A stretch of 64,000 nt of DNA from a bacterium. Its GTDB lineage: Bacteria > Electryoneota > Electryoneia > Electryoneales > Electryoneaceae. Both the position numbers and the translations under genes were made by a program. Positions 59,622-64,000 of this stretch are shown piece by piece (within the stretch, counting starts at the first letter, position 1; every line of letters starts with the position of its first letter). The stretch spans positions 1,984,001-2,048,000 of the forward strand of contig OY769902.1 of assembly GCA_963669175.1 (NCBI GenBank), written 5' to 3'. Under the pieces are notes generated by a model that saw only the letters and a list, made by a program, of their open reading frames with translations, had not been told where the DNA came from and made no database searches.

Positions 59622-61913
59622 TCACATGGAGTTGTCTGACTCCTGTGCGCCGGGAAGACTGTTCTCAAGATGGGTAGGAAAACGGAGGGTTACTGTGGTG
59701 CCTTCACCCGGCGTGGATTCAATCTCGAGATTGCCTTTATGAGCTAACGCTATCTGGTAGCATATGGTCAACCCCATTCCAACCCCAACCCCAACACCCC
59801 ACAGGGTAAAGCCGGGCTCAAGTACTTTATCGATGTGATGTGCGGCGATTCCGCAACCATTATCCGTTACGGAAAGAATGACTTTCTCTACGCCAACAGA
59901 GGCGTGGACAGTGATTGTCCCTTCTTTGTCTATAGCCTGGTTCGCATTATCCAGCAGTTGCACCAGCAACTGGTTGATTTGAGCCGGATAGCAGATGACT
60001 GACGGTAAATCCGGATAATCACGAATCAGTTTGATCCCATGTTTCAACTCATGCTCGTAGATATCCAGCGTATCCGTAATCATCTCATCGACATCAGCGT
60101 TTTGCAATTCGGCTTCATCCAAACGGGCGAAGCTTTTCAATTTTCGAACAATCCGGGCCACTCGCTGGGTGCCCTGGTCCATCACACGTCCGCTGTCTTC
60201 AAGCGCAGAAAGAGTGCGCTGGAGCTGACGGTTGGAAGCTACATCACAATCAGGATCGGATTCAAACAGCGCTTTCAGCTTTTGAACAGCCAGCTCAAAG
60301 GTTTTCATGGAACTACGGACGGCGCCGATGGGGTTGTTTACCTCGTGGGCTACTCCCGCAACCAGGCGACCAAGTGACGCCATTTTCTCCGATTGGATCA
60401 ACTGCACCTGGGCATTGCGAAGTTCTTCGTTTGCAAGCTGAAGTTCACTTACCGTCTGGGCCAGTTTTTCATTGGCTTCCTGGATCTTGTGAGCCTTGTC
60501 GATTTCCAGGGCTTTTCGCTTGTTCTCTTCTTCCAGTTTGATACGCTCCAGCTCGCGTTCTTTTGCCAGACGTTCCTGCTCCAGTTTCTCCTGTGCAAGT
60601 TGTTCGACTTCAAGCATCTTGTTCTTGAGGTCTTTGTTGGTGCGGGCATAATCAAGACCGAGATATACCGACATCATGATCAGCAAGTTGTCCACCCCAG
60701 CGAGGTAGGCGTCCGGAGTAGGGAAGATGTTGACCACCTCGCCCAATCGGATGAATAACTGGTATACGCCAGTGGCAGCCAGGGTGACAAATCCAATCCC
60801 CAGTATCCATGCATGCTTGCGTTTTTGCAGGATGGCAAGCAGAATAATGCGAAGCAACTCCAGCGACGCTACAATAATGAAGCCTGTATACACTTCCGAG
60901 GGTAGCCAGTAGCTCAGCAGAATCAGTATCCATCCCGAAATGCGGAAAATGAGGAAATAGCGTGGGCGTTTTTCATAAAACAAGGTGTACACGACCAGCA
61001 GGGCCATGTTGCTCATCCCGATCTTCAGTGTATTGATGCCAATGGATATGATATGCAGCCAGAAATGGTCAAAGGGCAGCATGGCCGTATAGTTCAGGAT
61101 GATGGCTGTGCCCAGCGCACCGGCAAATCCCGCGAAAAACAGGTTGCTTCGCTTCTCCTTATAAAACAGGAACAGCATCAGGTGAATCATACAGAAAATC
61201 CATGCCATGCCCCCATACAGCATGTACATCGATGTGTCGAATGTATGGAATCGCTTGGCAGGTTTGAGTGCATCTGCTGTTTTCCCGACTGCGAGACTGA
61301 AGCCGGGGATAGCCCATCTTGGCGCAAGAATCATTGTCGCCGGTGGTGAATAACGGATTGCAAGTGTGTGATGTCCAGGGTCAAGTGCCCCGATGTAGAT
61401 CGGATCAGGCGTCAGGAGATGATATTTGTCGGTTTTTTCCTGACTTCCAATCTGTCCCATATGAAAGATTGGATGACCATTCAGGAAAACTTCAAAAGCG
61501 CCACTTCCATGCAAAGTGAAAGCAAGCGCCTCGGAAGTTATCGTGCTATCAACATGGAATTTTATTCGAAACCATAAAACCCCCGGGATCGAATCGTCAG
61601 GATACAACTTGTTCAACTCGAAGGTGTTGGGACATTGGCGCCAGGTAGAGTCAAACGGAATGTCAGCATCTGCCCATGCAGCGCTGTCCACTTCATGAAC
61701 AAACCAAACTGTATCCAGCGCCAGTATTCCCTTTTCGGTTTCACCAAGGTGTTGAGTTGTTACAGGTATACTGGTCCACTCGTCATACGTTGCTACTGAA
61801 TCTGCCGCCATACTTGACGAAACGGCCAGCAGTACCAGCAGGATGAAGTGAAACCAGGTGCGTAACAACGACCACCTCCGGAAATCCAATCTGAAAATAA
61901 AATAGTAATGCAA
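59622..61913 (-). CDS. 7TM-DISM-like sensor histidine kinase
   Basis: Periplasmic beta-sandwich (LWFR, AFEVFLNG), ~7 TM helices, coiled coil, SEKMASLGRLVAGVAHEVNNP, DNGCG, GMGL; start uncertain. Confidence 0.92.
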   Translation of the reverse strand: MHYYFIFRLDFRRWSLLRTWFHFILLVLLAVSSSMAADSVATYDEWTSIPVTTQHLGETEKGILALDTVWFVHEVDSAAWADADIPFDSTWRQCPNTFELNKLYPDDSIPGVLWFRIKFHVDSTITSEALAFTLHGSGAFEVFLNGHPIFHMGQIGSQEKTDKYHLLTPDPIYIGALDPGHHTLAIRYSPPATMILAPRWAIPGFSLAVGKTADALKPAKRFHTFDTSMYMLYGGMAWIFCMIHLMLFLFYKEKRSNLFFAGFAGALGTAIILNYTAMLPFDHFWLHIISIGINTLKIGMSNMALLVVYTLFYEKRPRYFLIFRISGWILILLSYWLPSEVYTGFIIVASLELLRIILLAILQKRKHAWILGIGFVTLAATGVYQLFIRLGEVVNIFPTPDAYLAGVDNLLIMMSVYLGLDYARTNKDLKNKMLEVEQLAQEKLEQERLAKERELERIKLEEENKRKALEIDKAHKIQEANEKLAQTVSELQLANEELRNAQVQLIQSEKMASLGRLVAGVAHEVNNPIGAVRSSMKTFELAVQKLKALFESDPDCDVASNRQLQRTLSALEDSGRVMDQGTQRVARIVRKLKSFARLDEAELQNADVDEMITDTLDIYEHELKHGIKLIRDYPDLPSVICYPAQINQLLVQLLDNANQAIDKEGTITVHASVGVEKVILSVTDNGCGIAAHHIDKVLEPGFTLWGVGVGVGMGLTICYQIALAHKGNLEIESTPGEGTTVTLRFPTHLENSLPGAQESDNSM

Positions 61914-61943
61914 AGCTAACTCAACTCGAATAGTGAAACAAGC

Positions 61944-63089
61944 TTACTTGTTCGTTGTATAGCCAAGACCTGCCGGTAGCCATCGCCAGTTCAGACCGAA
62001 CAGAACTGAATGATCATCCCGGAGAATGCCGACCAACCCCGGTTGGAAGCTCCCGAATTTCAGGACACCAGGATACAGGTTCAACCGTGCCGCGTAGCCC
62101 TGCGGTCCACCCAGGATGAGAGAGGCCAACAGCGAATGGTTCCGGTCATAAAATATACCACCGGTCCATTTGAGTTTGGCGGTGGCCATGTACATGTCCG
62201 TACGTTCATCAATTCGCACGATATCATGAGTCGCCAGACCTGCGCCAATGGATATGTTGTCAGTGCTATTATAACGGTACGATATCCCACCGACCCCCTC
62301 TGTCCCGATCAAGCCGAACAACCTCCATCGTTCCAATCCCTTGATCCACGGAATATCCATCTTCAATGACCATTGCTGACCATTGTTCTCCAGTTCATCG
62401 GTACAAAGGTTATAGATAGGTTGGAAAGACCAGTCTGCCATGTACAGGGTATTAGCGAAAAATTCAGGCACACCGGGAATGGAGAATACAATGATGCCAA
62501 GCGGATCAAAGATGAGAAGGTCCGCGATCGGATCAACTGTGGGATGCTTTACACGATTATGCTCTACAACTTCATTGCCGTAGTGCATGAATCCCATTGT
62601 GATTACGGAAAGTGTTTTAGGGTAGGGATAACCGTAATATTTGAACCATTCCGTGGTCGCGACATAGGTCATACCGCCACCGATAAGGTGTATCTGGTAA
62701 TTGGGCCAGTATTGAGCGCAGTCTTTGTTCACAGAAAAGGGGATCATTTCTGTCTTGATGAACTCTTCCCAGCCGTAACGATCAATTACCCAGAACGCGC
62801 GTTCAAGGTTCCAGTTCACGGTGATATTTCCAGTGTCGAAATTGATTTTTCCGGGGTTGTTGTTGGGGTTGGTGATCTGGAGGCAGTCAAACATGCCGTT
62901 GGCAATGTTGTTCCAGGGATTGTAATTGGCCTGGGAACCGTAATTGTAGCCTTTATAGAACAGGTACTTCGTTCCAGAAGATGATGTCGAATCTTCGGAG
63001 ACAGTCTGGCCGAAGCCTGCTGAGCCTATGGTCAGGATACAAAGGATACATATTGTCAGGGAAAGCAAATTTTTCTTCGCAAGGGGCAT
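61944..63089 (-). CDS. Exported/outer-membrane protein, DUF3943-like
   Basis: Signal peptide; NYQIHLIGGGMTY...NEVVE...DPIADL segment; amphipathic beta-strand C-terminus. Confidence 0.65.
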   Translation of the reverse strand: MPLAKKNLLSLTICILCILTIGSAGFGQTVSEDSTSSSGTKYLFYKGYNYGSQANYNPWNNIANGMFDCLQITNPNNNPGKINFDTGNITVNWNLERAFWVIDRYGWEEFIKTEMIPFSVNKDCAQYWPNYQIHLIGGGMTYVATTEWFKYYGYPYPKTLSVITMGFMHYGNEVVEHNRVKHPTVDPIADLLIFDPLGIIVFSIPGVPEFFANTLYMADWSFQPIYNLCTDELENNGQQWSLKMDIPWIKGLERWRLFGLIGTEGVGGISYRYNSTDNISIGAGLATHDIVRIDERTDMYMATAKLKWTGGIFYDRNHSLLASLILGGPQGYAARLNLYPGVLKFGSFQPGLVGILRDDHSVLFGLNWRWLPAGLGYTTNK

Positions 63090-63098
63090 GGCGTCATC

Positions 63099-64000
63099 TC
63101 AAGGTGTCCCGTTCCAATGTTTGTTAATGTGGTCAACTTCTGCACGTGTCAGTCCCGCTTTCGGTTCGCCGGCAGCCGCGCAGCGCAGGAAAAGGGAAGA
63201 GACTTTATTTACGATATCAATCTTGTCGAAGGCTTCGATAAGGTCCGGGCCGGAGGCGATGCAGCCATGTCCGCGCCACAGAGCGATATCATGGGTCTCA
63301 AGACTGGTCAGGGTGTCACGGGCCAGCGCTTCGCTTCCGGGCAGGATTTCACTGATCAGGCCGATGCCGTCCGGAACGAGCAGCGTCATTTCTGCATGCA
63401 TGGCGCGCAGACGTTCGTTGATCGCTTCCTGTCCCAGGGCCGCCAGCAGATGTGTCATGGCGATGGTCTCGGTAGGATGACAATGCAGCACTGCCTTTCG
63501 CTCTCCACCGAGCTGAGCGAACAATTGATGAATCAACAGGTGTGTCGGCAGCTCGGACGTCGGTGTAAAGGGACGATCTGGTTCAATTGATACCAGGGGC
63601 GAGAATGAGAAGCGACTTCCGGAAGATTCGATGGTAAGCAGTCCACAGTGCTTTTCCGGGGCTTTTGCCATATCACGCATGCGTGAACCAGCGACACTGA
63701 CCAGCAGCGTATGCCCACCCAGCTCTTTCAACTTGGCCTGAACAGGTACGTCACCGGTTTCAGCATCTTTCGTGAGTTGCAGCGCTTTGGCAGGTAACGT
63801 GCGTTCGGAGACGGAATCACCCGTGAGCTGTCCGGGCATCAACCTTTTTTCCTGCGAATCATCAACATGCGCCAGAAGACTGGTGATGTTGATAGACAGG
63901 TTTCCGGCATTGCGCTCTGACCAGCCACGGTTCCAGAGGTATCCTGCTATTTCCGCAACACTATCGAGTAAACCCTGCAGAGCAGGGTACTTGTTCAGAT
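63099..64000 (-). CDS. rhaD: Class II aldolase, rhamnulose-1-phosphate aldolase-like (5' truncated by window)
   Basis: Frame stays open to the window edge: IAGYLWNRGWSERNAGNLS; PTSELPTH, HCHPT, LWRGHG, AFDKID. Confidence 0.8.
   Translation of the reverse strand, partial: LNKYPALQGLLDSVAEIAGYLWNRGWSERNAGNLSINITSLLAHVDDSQEKRLMPGQLTGDSVSERTLPAKALQLTKDAETGDVPVQAKLKELGGHTLLVSVAGSRMRDMAKAPEKHCGLLTIESSGSRFSFSPLVSIEPDRPFTPTSELPTHLLIHQLFAQLGGERKAVLHCHPTETIAMTHLLAALGQEAINERLRAMHAEMTLLVPDGIGLISEILPGSEALARDTLTSLETHDIALWRGHGCIASGPDLIEAFDKIDIVNKVSSLFLRCAAAGEPKAGLTRAEVDHINKHWNGTP

Overview
Chromosomal window from an FCB-superphylum-like bacterium outside the classic Bacteroidia. This placement is an inference from YPNPFNP-type C-terminal sorting domains, a PorV-like gene, abundant D-S/T glycosylation sequons and the spoVG-prs-rplY-pth cluster. 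In order: (1) an ECF sigma/anti-sigma module with two divergent TGTAACC-N16-CGTC promoters; (2) an ~18.5 kb type IVa pilus/T2SS-like locus (pilin, pilT, three minor pilins, pilMNOP, secretin, pilB, pilC, pilD) with a Wza/SLBB export protein and a 1131-aa invasin-like Ig-repeat lipoprotein embedded between the secretin and pilB, preceded by a sigma54 promoter with candidate enhancer sites; (3) T9SS-type cargo genes separated by a dense cluster of palindromic repeats; (4) housekeeping genes (spoVG, tRNA-Gln, prs, rplY, pth, hppA, mutL, dacB, prmA, rlmN); (5) a PAS hybrid kinase plus HD-GYP pair; (6) a lipoprotein/beta-propeller/PorV-like operon; (7) a minus-strand signalling cluster (7TM kinase, lipoprotein, GAF-sigma54 activator, Ser/Thr kinase-PEGA, Kelch cargo, TPR). 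Several families of dispersed REP/REPIN-like elements occupy the intergenic gaps. No CRISPR, rRNA, prophage or transposase was seen. All family assignments come from motif recognition by eye, not database searches.
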